This document shows positions 39,454-48,005 of a stretch of DNA of 64,000 nucleotides, in pieces. Below the pieces are notes generated by a model. That model saw nothing but the letters and a program-made list of their open reading frames with translations. It ran no database searches and was not told the origin of the DNA. Origin of the DNA: an uncultured Lachnospiraceae bacterium. GTDB taxonomy: Bacteria; Bacillota; Clostridia; Lachnospirales; Lachnospiraceae. Both the position numbers and the translations under genes were made by a program. The stretch is taken from the NCBI GenBank assembly GCA_905203555.1, contig CAJKWK010000003.1, positions 32,032 through 96,031 of the forward strand. The letters run 5' to 3'. Position 1 is the first letter of the stretch, and the number at the start of each line of letters is the position of its first letter.

Positions 39454-41640
39454 TTAAAACATCATATATTCTACATAAAACTCCTGAAACTTTTTATTGG
39501 ATGAAAGTTCAATTTCTTTTGAGCTGGTTACAATTTCCTCAAAACGCACCTCCGCTTCTGGATCTCTCAGGCTTTTTACGAGCCCCTTCAAACAACTATT
39601 TCCAATTGCAATGATCTTATCTACACATTCCTCTGGAAAAAGTCCGATTTGAATCGCTTTTTCAACATTCATTTTATATCCAAATCCGCCTCCAATATAA
39701 ATATGCTCAATCTCATCATAGGAAATTCCATACTCCAGAATCAACGTTTCCAAGCCAGCCCTCACTGCAGACTTGGCAAGCTGTATCTCTCTGATATCTT
39801 TCTGATAAAAGCGAATATCTTCTGTATGCGATAACTCAAAGCCATCCTCGAAATAGTCTTCTTCCATCAGACCACTTTCTTCTATCACCCCTGCCTTCAA
39901 GAGCTCATATGTCGTTTCCAAAACACCGGTTCCACAAATCCCCAAAGGTTTTTTCCCACCGATTGTTTCCACTTTTGCTTTCTTCTTTTCATCTACAGAA
40001 ACACTACAGATTGCTCCAGGTATACTTCCCGTACCACATGTAATATTTCCACCCTCAAATGCGGGACCTGCCGCTGTTGATGTGACATAAATCTGATTTT
40101 GTTTTCCAATAGCCATTTCTCCATTGGTTCCAAGATCAATCAAAACTGACACCGATTCATTTTTATGGAAATCAAGTGCATATAAACCTGCTGTAATATC
40201 CCCTCCAACATAAGTCGATATTCCCGGATATATCGTAATGGGGAAATCCATCTGATCCGTAGAAAGCAGGTCTTTTGCACAAGTATGTATGGTATCTATG
40301 TTTACCGGATGGAACGGATATACCCCCAGTGTTTCACAGGAATAACCCATCAACAGATGAACCATTGTAGTATTGGCGCCGATCACCATCTTCTCTACTT
40401 GAAGAGTTCCCGCTTGTGTAAGGCTCAAAACTCCCTTATATAAATCATTTTGTATCATGGCTCTCAAAGCATCCCTTTTCCCCTGATTCGATGCATTGAT
40501 CCGACTGATTACATCTGCTCCATAAGCGCGCTGTCGATTAATCGAAGTATACGTATCAATTACACTTCCATTATTCTGATCTACCAGCTGCATCGCAATT
40601 GTCGTAGTGCCAATATCCGCTGCAATCGCAAAAGAATGTTTCTCCTCGTTATCCGGAGTGCTTTCAACTCCATTCTCAATGTCAGAATCATGCGCTGTAA
40701 CTACCTCCATTTCATTCTCATTCCCAACAATCCTGATTTTACAATCAGACGCAGGAAACAGGGAACACGCCAACCGCCATCCAATTTTCAGTTCTTCCTC
40801 TGAAAAGAAAATTTCATCCTCTCCGCTTGCCGGACATTCGCCCGCCAAAACCAGCACCTTACATTTTCCACACGTTCCTCTTCCCGCACAAATTGCAGGA
40901 AGATAGATCTGATGTCTTTGCAAAGCCGTCAATAAACTTTCTGACTTTCTTGCAAAGATTTCACGTTCTTCTCCCTCTATCTGTACCAAAATCGATACCA
41001 TATCTGTTTTTCTTCGTTTGCAGGTATAATTATCACAGCGCCGACAGTCATGCTGGGTTCGAAATCTTTTTTCATTATCATCCAGCAAATATATTGAGCA
41101 AAGCGTTTTAACCGGATCGTACATAAAACTAGGCTTAATCAAAATTCCTTCCTTCTCTGCCCCTGTTGCCTCGTATGCCGCTTGCTGCTGTTCCATTGGG
41201 AAATCTTTCGGAATTTCTGCTCTTCCCACAATTCCCTTTTTCTTCATGCGCCCATATTGAATCACATCCTCTTCCAATTGTCCATCCATCTGAAACAGGT
41301 AATCATCTGCAATCGCATCTGCGAGCATTCCCTTTACATAATCTCCTTCCGCAAAAAACCGCGAACTCCAGTTTTCCATTTCTTTTCCAATGGAACATAT
41401 TGAATAAAGCGCCTCTGTAATCTTTTCCCCCTTATACTCTATTTCTTGATTTTTTAAACTTCCAATTTCCAACAATGCTATCGGTTTTATTTTTTCTTTT
41501 GCCAATGGCAGCATCTCCTGTAATTCCTCGAAAACTTCCTCATACAGATGATGCCCCTGGAAAATCCCCATCCAACTCAATACATTCTCTACTGATATTG
41601 TAATTTTAAAGTCTGTCTTTCTCATTGTATTTTCACCCAT
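39454..41640 (-). CDS. corrinoid reductive activator (RamA/RACE-type: 2Fe-2S ferredoxin + ASKHA ATPase domains) with an extra ~210-aa N-terminal domain
   Basis: Ferredoxin motif CAGRGTCGKCKV...LAC near residue 250. ASKHA/DUF4445-like part with AADIGTTTIAM...IDLGTNGEMA...GICGTG. A start at the second ATG (41625, GGGTGA 7 nt upstream) is equally possible. Confidence 0.8.
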   Translation of the reverse strand: MGENTMRKTDFKITISVENVLSWMGIFQGHHLYEEVFEELQEMLPLAKEKIKPIALLEIGSLKNQEIEYKGEKITEALYSICSIGKEMENWSSRFFAEGDYVKGMLADAIADDYLFQMDGQLEEDVIQYGRMKKKGIVGRAEIPKDFPMEQQQAAYEATGAEKEGILIKPSFMYDPVKTLCSIYLLDDNEKRFRTQHDCRRCDNYTCKRRKTDMVSILVQIEGEEREIFARKSESLLTALQRHQIYLPAICAGRGTCGKCKVLVLAGECPASGEDEIFFSEEELKIGWRLACSLFPASDCKIRIVGNENEMEVVTAHDSDIENGVESTPDNEEKHSFAIAADIGTTTIAMQLVDQNNGSVIDTYTSINRQRAYGADVISRINASNQGKRDALRAMIQNDLYKGVLSLTQAGTLQVEKMVIGANTTMVHLLMGYSCETLGVYPFHPVNIDTIHTCAKDLLSTDQMDFPITIYPGISTYVGGDITAGLYALDFHKNESVSVLIDLGTNGEMAIGKQNQIYVTSTAAGPAFEGGNITCGTGSIPGAICSVSVDEKKKAKVETIGGKKPLGICGTGVLETTYELLKAGVIEESGLMEEDYFEDGFELSHTEDIRFYQKDIREIQLAKSAVRAGLETLILEYGISYDEIEHIYIGGGFGYKMNVEKAIQIGLFPEECVDKIIAIGNSCLKGLVKSLRDPEAEVRFEEIVTSSKEIELSSNKKFQEFYVEYMMF

Positions 41641-41661
41641 TTTAATCTACTTTAGCCATTA

Positions 41662-41892
41662 TAACAAAATAAACTCTTTTTGTCGCAAAAAGAGTTCTTC
41701 ATTACACCATATTTTATAGCAAGCCTCCTACCCCAGACAATGCTATAAGAAAATTGATCCAGTATCCTGACTCACAGTTCATCCTCCAAATCCCTTCTCA
41801 TCTTTCGACAATGGTCTTTGATTCTTCGTCCCTGTTTACAGTAGGGGTAAGCCTGTACCAGATTTTCACTGGTTTCCTTTTATCATTTTCTT
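41662..41892 (-). promoter_or_regulatory. cobalamin riboswitch with intrinsic-terminator expression platform
   Basis: Minus-strand RNA reads GGAAACCAGUGAAAAUCUGGUACAGGCUUACCCCUACUGUAAACAGGGACGAAG ... GACCAUUGucgaaagaugaGAAGGGA ... then the B12 box AGUCAGGAUACUGG (41772-41759). The terminator is AACUCUUUUUgcgacAAAAAGAGUU + UAUUUU (41696-41662). This matches the conserved cobalamin aptamer core. Confidence 0.8.
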
Positions 41893-41905
41893 CATCTGTC
41901 TTTTC

Positions 41906-42547
41906 TTATTTTGCAGCCAATACCAATTCCTTCGCAAGATCAGCACAGGAAGCCGCATCCGGTGTATAATGGTCTGCACCGATTTGTTCGCAGAAGCTTT
42001 CATTTACAGGTGCTCCGCCAATCATAACAATATACTTATCGCGAACTCCTCTTTCTTTTAACAATTCAACCACTTCCTGCATTTTAGGCATTGTTGTTGT
42101 AAGTAATGCAGACATACAGATCACATCTGCTCCAACCTCTTCTGCCTTATCCAAAAATGCTGCTGATTCAACATCAACGCCTAAGTCGAACACTTCGAAA
42201 CCGGCTCCTTTTAACATCATTACAACCAGATTTTTACCGATATCGTGTAAGTCTCCCTGCACGCTACCAACAACTGCTTTTCCCAAAGGCTCATTTCCAA
42301 TTTCGATTAATTTTGGTTCAAGAATAGTAAGTCCTGCATTCATTGCACGTGCTGCAACAAGAACTTCCGGAACAAAAACTTCATTGTTTTTGAATTTTGC
42401 ACCGATGATCATCATTCCACCCAATAATCCCTCATTAAGGATCAGCTTTGGATCCATTTCTTCATCGATCGCCTGCTGCACCAATGCTTTTACATTTTTT
42501 GCACGCCCTTTTTGTAAATACTCTGAAATTTCCTGAATCAGTTCCAT
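41906..42547 (-). CDS. corrinoid (cobalamin-binding) protein of a methyltransferase system
   Basis: 213 aa: an N-terminal B12-binding_2 helical cap and a Rossmann B12-binding domain with DxHxxG (GDLHDIGKNLV) plus MSALLTTTMP. SD GGAGGAGAG. Confidence 0.88.
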   Translation of the reverse strand: MELIQEISEYLQKGRAKNVKALVQQAIDEEMDPKLILNEGLLGGMMIIGAKFKNNEVFVPEVLVAARAMNAGLTILEPKLIEIGNEPLGKAVVGSVQGDLHDIGKNLVVMMLKGAGFEVFDLGVDVESAAFLDKAEEVGADVICMSALLTTTMPKMQEVVELLKERGVRDKYIVMIGGAPVNESFCEQIGADHYTPDAASCADLAKELVLAAK

Positions 42548-42738
42548 TTTCTCTCCTCCGTTTGTTTTTATTTATCTATAATTATACATTTACCCTCAAA
42601 TTCTTTTTGTACTTTCTTTAGAAAATTATAAATTATTTACCTATTTTTGTCGATAGCATACATTTTCTTCAAATCTATGATATGATAATACTAAATTTAT
42701 AAATAAAATTTTTCGTATCGTATTTTAGGAGGTATCTC

Positions 42739-43986
42739 ATGAAACCATTACTATACACCATTGTCCCGGAGGAAAATATACATTCTATGGCTCTTACCTT
42801 TAGTAAATGCGTAAAACTCCCCATACAGATTATTAACGAAGAAGGAAAACTATTAGTTTCAGAAGGAGATTCTCCACATTTTTGTACACTTTTTCAAAAA
42901 CATCTTCCTTCTTATGATTCCTGTGAAAAAATGCATCTTTCCGCCAGTAAAAAGGCAATTACACTTGGAGAGGCCTATATTTTTGCCTGTCATGCAGAAT
43001 TAAATCACATTGTTTATCCACTTTTTACAAGAAACATCTTCCTCGGTTCCATTCTGGTCGGTCCTTTTTTAATGGATACACCCGATTCTATTCTGATCAG
43101 TGATATTGCAAAAAAATATCCGTTTACTACAGAAGAAGCTCTGGAACTATACGATGAAAGTAATTCCATCCCGGTCATTGAACCAGCACTTGTAAATCAC
43201 ATCAGCCATCTGCTCTTTTATTTATTTTCAAACTTAATTGCAGACAGCAAAAAGGAATTGCTTCAAAACAACCAAAAACTTTTACAACAGTCCAGAATCA
43301 ATGAATCCATCCAGCGTTATAAGGCTGAAAATCTTAAAACCAATTCCTATCCCTATGAAAAAGAAAAGGAATTGATCAATCAAGTAAAAAAGGGGGACTC
43401 AAAAGCTGCAAATGCTGTTCTAAATGATTTATTGGGCTATGTGTTATTTTCACAAGGAAATAGTCTGGATGCAGTAAAACCTCGCGCCATTGAATTGTGC
43501 ACCCTGCTTTCACGTACTGCAATCGAAGGAGGCGCGCCCACAGACAGTATTTTAAAATTAAACAATCACTTTTTGCAGAATCTGCAGAAAATTGACTCCA
43601 TGGATACCCTATGCCATAAGCTCCAGGAAGTGGTAGAAACGTTCTCGGAAAGTATGTTTAATTATATTCCTTCAAAAAACAACGAAATCATCAAGCGTGC
43701 CTTGCAATACATATATGAACATTTTCAGATGCCGGTTACTTTAGAGGATGCAGCAGAATCTGTACATCTCCATCCATCCTATTTTTCCAGTATGTTTAAG
43801 AAATCCACCGGCTCTTCTTTCAAAGAATATCTGAATATGGTTCGAATAGAAGAAAGCAAACGCCTGCTCACTAACACCGATTTTTCCATTATCGACATTG
43901 CCATTGCAGTCGGTTTTGAAGATCAAAGTTATTTTTCAAAAGTATTCAAAAAGTACACCGGTCTTACGCCAAAACAATTTCGCTGA
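42739..43986 (+). CDS. PocR-sensor-domain AraC-family transcriptional regulator
   Basis: The N-terminal ~160 aa is PocR-like (FCTLFQKH...CEKMHL...FACHAELNHIVYPL). The C-terminal AraC HTH pair is TLEDAAESVHLHPSYFSSMFKK...IIDIAIAVGFEDQSYFSKVFKKYTGLTPKQFR. Divergent from the corrinoid protein gene. Confidence 0.85.
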   Translation: MKPLLYTIVPEENIHSMALTFSKCVKLPIQIINEEGKLLVSEGDSPHFCTLFQKHLPSYDSCEKMHLSASKKAITLGEAYIFACHAELNHIVYPLFTRNIFLGSILVGPFLMDTPDSILISDIAKKYPFTTEEALELYDESNSIPVIEPALVNHISHLLFYLFSNLIADSKKELLQNNQKLLQQSRINESIQRYKAENLKTNSYPYEKEKELINQVKKGDSKAANAVLNDLLGYVLFSQGNSLDAVKPRAIELCTLLSRTAIEGGAPTDSILKLNNHFLQNLQKIDSMDTLCHKLQEVVETFSESMFNYIPSKNNEIIKRALQYIYEHFQMPVTLEDAAESVHLHPSYFSSMFKKSTGSSFKEYLNMVRIEESKRLLTNTDFSIIDIAIAVGFEDQSYFSKVFKKYTGLTPKQFR

Positions 43987-43989
43987 CCG

Positions 43990-44040
43990 TAAAAAAAAGG
44001 AAAAGAAATGCGATCTCTGCATCCTTTTCCTTTTTATTTT
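43990..44040. terminator. bidirectional terminator between the convergent AraC and serA genes
   Basis: AAAAAAAAGGAAAAGaaATGCgatctctGCATcCTTTTCCTTTTTATTTT. Confidence 0.6.
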
Positions 44041-44043
44041 CGA

Positions 44044-45207
44044 TTATTTTATAACACGTACTTTTAGTACTCCTTCAATTGTTTCCAGTTTTTTCTCTAC
44101 AGCTTCCGGTACTTCTGCCTCTACGTCAATCATTGTATAAGCATATTCTTTTCGACTCTTATTTGTCATCAAGGAAATGTTCATATTTTCCTGTGCCAAT
44201 ACCGCTGTCAGCTGACCGATCATATTTGGAATATTTTTATGCAAAATCGTAATTCTGTTTCCTGCCTCTTTCACTCCCATATCACATGCCGGATAGTTAA
44301 CAGAATTCTTAATATTTCCATTTTCCAGATAATCTCTTAACTCTTTTACTGCCATTCTGGCACAGTTTTCTTCTGATTCCTCTGTAGATGCTCCAAGATG
44401 TGGAATTACAATTGCGCCCTTCACTCCTGCAATTTCCGGTGTCGGGAAATCTGTAACATAACGTTTTACTGCACCAGACACAAGTGCGTCTACCATCGCC
44501 TCGCTGTCTACAAGTACATCACGTGCAAAATTCAGAACAACAACACCTTTTTTCATCAAACTGATTGCATCTTTATTAATCATTCCTTTTGTATCCGGAA
44601 GAGCTGGTACATGAATCGTAATATAGTCGCAATCTTTATATAATTCATCCACTGTTTTTGCATGATGGATATTTCTGGACAATCTCCATGCTGCATCTAC
44701 AGAAACATACGGATCATATCCATATACTTCCATTCCCAGATGCACTGCCGCATTTGCAACAAGAACTCCGATTGCACCCAGTCCAATTACACCTAACTTC
44801 TTGCCTTCCAATTCTGTTCCTGCAAATGCTTTCTTTGCTTTTTCTGCCGCCTTAGCAAGATCTCCGTCTTCTTCATGTTCCTGTACCCAGTTTATGCCTC
44901 CGATTACATCTCTGGCTGCCAAAAGCATTCCTGCTATCACAAGCTCTTTTACACCATTCGCATTTGCCCCCGGTGTATTAAATACTACAATTCCGTTTTC
45001 AGCACATTGTTCTAATGGAATATTATTAACACCTGCTCCTGCTCTTGCAATTGCTTTTAAATTCTTACTAAACTCCATCTCATGCATTCCGGCACTCCGA
45101 ACCAGAACTGCATCTGCCTCATCTATAGTTTCTGTTCTGCTATAATTCTCATCAAAAAGTTCGATTCCCGTCTGGGCAATCGGATTCAGGCAATGATAAC
45201 GATACAT
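44044..45207 (-). CDS. serA: D-3-phosphoglycerate dehydrogenase (with C-terminal ACT domain)
   Basis: 2-hydroxyacid dehydrogenase fold (GKKLGVIGLGAIGVLVA...HLGASTEESEEN) plus an ACT-like tail. The ATG at 45207 lies directly after the serC stop. The track's earlier start overlaps serC. Confidence 0.85.
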   Translation of the reverse strand: MYRYHCLNPIAQTGIELFDENYSRTETIDEADAVLVRSAGMHEMEFSKNLKAIARAGAGVNNIPLEQCAENGIVVFNTPGANANGVKELVIAGMLLAARDVIGGINWVQEHEEDGDLAKAAEKAKKAFAGTELEGKKLGVIGLGAIGVLVANAAVHLGMEVYGYDPYVSVDAAWRLSRNIHHAKTVDELYKDCDYITIHVPALPDTKGMINKDAISLMKKGVVVLNFARDVLVDSEAMVDALVSGAVKRYVTDFPTPEIAGVKGAIVIPHLGASTEESEENCARMAVKELRDYLENGNIKNSVNYPACDMGVKEAGNRITILHKNIPNMIGQLTAVLAQENMNISLMTNKSRKEYAYTMIDVEAEVPEAVEKKLETIEGVLKVRVIK

Positions 45208-45208
45208 C

Positions 45209-46291
45209 TTACAAATTCGCCTCCTCAAACTTCTTCATAAATGCAACAAGGGCTTCAACACCTTCATACGGCATTGCATTGTATATACTTGCACGCATTC
45301 CGCCAACTGTCCGGTGTCCCTTTAAATTCTCAAGACCAGCCTCTTTTGCCTCTTTTACAAATTTTGCATCTAACTCCGCATCTCCTGTTACAAACGGTAC
45401 ATTCATCAACGAACGATCTTCCGGTACGACAGTTCCTTTAAACAATTTGCTCTGATCCAGAAAATCATACAATAACTTTGCTTTTTTCTCATTGCGTTCT
45501 TTCATTGCTTCCAGTCCGCCCATTGATTTTAACCATTTAAATACTTTTCCACAGATATAGATACCATATGCCGGTGGTGTATTATACAAAGATTTTGCGT
45601 CTGCATGTGTTTTATATGTAAGCATTGTAGGTGTTCCCGGAAGTACATCCTCAGTAATCAGATCTTCACGAATAATTACAATGACAACACCGGCAGGTCC
45701 GATATTCTTCTGCACTCCTCCGTATACTATTCCATATTTGCTGACATCCATTGGCTCTGACAGGAAACAAGATGATACATCTGATACCAGCAGTTTCCCT
45801 TTTGTATTTGGAAGTTGTTTATACTTTGTTCCGTAAATTGTATTATTCTCACAAATATAAACGTAATCCGCATCTTCAGATATTGGAAGATCGGAACAAT
45901 CCGGAATATAAGAAAATGTTTTATCTGCTGAGGATGCAACGCGATTTACTTTACCGTATTTCTCAGCTTCCTGAGCAGCTTTTTTTGCCCACTGACCTGT
46001 AATAATATAATCTGCCACTTTATTCTTCATCAAATTCATAGGGATCATTGCAAACTGCTGTGATGCTCCCCCCTGCAAAAACAATACTTTATAATTATCC
46101 GGAATATTTAACAACTCTCGTAAATCTGCTTCTGCTGTCTCAATAATTTCTTCAAATGCTTTGGAACGATGGCTCATCTCCATCACCGACATTCCTGTTC
46201 CACGATAATCCATCATTTCTTCTGCCGCTTCTTTCAGCACTTCTTCCGGAAGTACTGCAGGTCCTGCAGAAAAATTATATACTCTGCTCAT
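45209..46291 (-). CDS. serC: 3-phosphoserine/phosphohydroxythreonine aminotransferase
   Basis: MSRVYNFSAGPAVLPEEVLKEAAEEM...MEMSHRSK...GGVQKNIGPAG...HRTVGGMRASIYNAMP. Confidence 0.93.
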   Translation of the reverse strand: MSRVYNFSAGPAVLPEEVLKEAAEEMMDYRGTGMSVMEMSHRSKAFEEIIETAEADLRELLNIPDNYKVLFLQGGASQQFAMIPMNLMKNKVADYIITGQWAKKAAQEAEKYGKVNRVASSADKTFSYIPDCSDLPISEDADYVYICENNTIYGTKYKQLPNTKGKLLVSDVSSCFLSEPMDVSKYGIVYGGVQKNIGPAGVVIVIIREDLITEDVLPGTPTMLTYKTHADAKSLYNTPPAYGIYICGKVFKWLKSMGGLEAMKERNEKKAKLLYDFLDQSKLFKGTVVPEDRSLMNVPFVTGDAELDAKFVKEAKEAGLENLKGHRTVGGMRASIYNAMPYEGVEALVAFMKKFEEANL

Positions 46292-46311
46292 CTCTTCTTC
46301 CTCCTCATATT

Positions 46312-47994
46312 TTATTTTTTCTGTTTCAAATCTTCTTCATCAAACACATCACTGATCGCGGCTCCCGGCGCTACCATTGGCCACACTTTGTCGTCACAAT
46401 CAATCTGACAATCAATCAAAACCGGCATTTGCAATGTAAGCGCTTTTGCAAATGCCTCTTTAAATTCATCCCGAGTTGTGGCTCGTATTCCTACTGCCCC
46501 CATAGCCTCAGCAAGTTTTACAAAATCAACTCCGTCGTTTAAGATAGTCGCTGAATAACGCTGTTCATAAAATAAGTTCTGCCACTGACGAACCATTCCA
46601 AGTACATGATTGTTAATAACAACTTCTATGATTGGAATCTGATGCCGGACTGCTGTTGCAATCTCATTCATATTCATACGGAAACAGCCGTCTCCTGCAA
46701 TATTTACGACGGTTTTCTCCGGGCATCCCATCTTAGCGCCAAGAGATGCGCCGAGCCCATATCCCATTGTTCCGAGGCCTCCGGAAGTCAATAAGGTTCG
46801 CGCCTTTGTATATTTATAATATTGCGCTGCCCACATCTGATGCTGTCCTACCTCCGTTACAATGACTGCGTCTCCTTTGGTCTGTTTATAAATTTCCTCT
46901 ACCACAAACGGCCCGCTCAAACCTTCCGGATGATATTTCAATGGATAATTTTTCTTATATTCCTCGACCATTTCTACCCACTCTGTATGAGACTGCGGTT
47001 CCAGTTTCGCATTGATTTTTTTCAATACTTCCTTGATATCCCCCACAACTCCGGCCGTAATCATTACATTTTTATTCATCTCTGCAGGATCAACATCAAA
47101 CTGCAGGATCTTTGCCTTTTTTGCAAAAGTCTTCGTATTTCCAGTTACGCGATCGCTAAATCTGGCTCCAATCACAATTAATAAGTCGCAGCCGCTTACT
47201 CCATAATTTGATGCCTTGGTTCCATGCATACCGAGCATTCCTGTATAACGAGGATCTGTTCCGGGAAATGCCCCTTTTCCCATCAGCGAGTCTGTAACCG
47301 GTGCATTTACTTTATTGACAAACTCCATCAATTCATCGCTTGCATCAGATAAAACTGCGCCGCCGCCAACAAAAATATATGGCCGTTTCGCCTTTTTAAT
47401 CATTGCAACTGCTGTCTCAACTTCACTTTCAGAAATATTCGACGAATCCGGATAATACGGCTCAATTTCAACACATTCATAATTTGTTTTTGCAGCAGTG
47501 ATATCCTTTGGAATATCAATCAATACCGGTCCAGGGCGTCCGCTGCGAGCAATATTAAATGCTTTTCGAATCGTATCCGCCAGTTTTGTAATATCCTTTA
47601 CAATAAAATTATGTTTGGTAATCGGCATCGTGATTCCGGTAATATCAATTTCCTGAAAACTATCCTTTCCAAGAAGTGAAACACCGACATTACATGTAAT
47701 CGCCACAATCGGGATTGAATCCATATACGCAGTCGCAATTCCAGTTACCAGATTTGTTGCTCCCGGTCCACTGGTTGCAAAACAAACACCTACTTTTCCT
47801 GTTGCTCGCGCATATCCATCTGCAGCATGGGATGCCCCCTGCTCATGTGAAGTCAAGATATGCCGAATTTCTCCACTATGCCTATATAAAGCATCATAAA
47901 CATTTAAAATCGCACCGCCCGGATATCCGAAAACAGTATCCACTCCCTGCTCTTTCAAACATTCGATTACTATTTCTGCTCCTGTTAACTGCAT
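46312..47994 (-). CDS. ilvB: acetolactate synthase (biosynthetic type), large subunit
   Basis: From the ATG at 47994 (SD AGGAGGAAGG): MQLTGAEIVIECLKEQGVDTVFGYPGGAIL, with TPP motif GDGCFRMNMNE. The track's extended start (48114) overlaps ilvD and lacks an SD. Confidence 0.9.
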   Translation of the reverse strand: MQLTGAEIVIECLKEQGVDTVFGYPGGAILNVYDALYRHSGEIRHILTSHEQGASHAADGYARATGKVGVCFATSGPGATNLVTGIATAYMDSIPIVAITCNVGVSLLGKDSFQEIDITGITMPITKHNFIVKDITKLADTIRKAFNIARSGRPGPVLIDIPKDITAAKTNYECVEIEPYYPDSSNISESEVETAVAMIKKAKRPYIFVGGGAVLSDASDELMEFVNKVNAPVTDSLMGKGAFPGTDPRYTGMLGMHGTKASNYGVSGCDLLIVIGARFSDRVTGNTKTFAKKAKILQFDVDPAEMNKNVMITAGVVGDIKEVLKKINAKLEPQSHTEWVEMVEEYKKNYPLKYHPEGLSGPFVVEEIYKQTKGDAVIVTEVGQHQMWAAQYYKYTKARTLLTSGGLGTMGYGLGASLGAKMGCPEKTVVNIAGDGCFRMNMNEIATAVRHQIPIIEVVINNHVLGMVRQWQNLFYEQRYSATILNDGVDFVKLAEAMGAVGIRATTRDEFKEAFAKALTLQMPVLIDCQIDCDDKVWPMVAPGAAISDVFDEEDLKQKK

Positions 47995-48005
47995 GAGCCT
48001 TCCTC

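Noticed and set aside
41650-41672. TTGTTATAAT just after the riboswitch terminator, considered as an independent promoter for the activator gene.
   Set aside because: There is no acceptable -35 box at 16-18 nt (the best is TTGCGA at 19 nt). The hexamer is part of the terminator U tract and trailing sequence.
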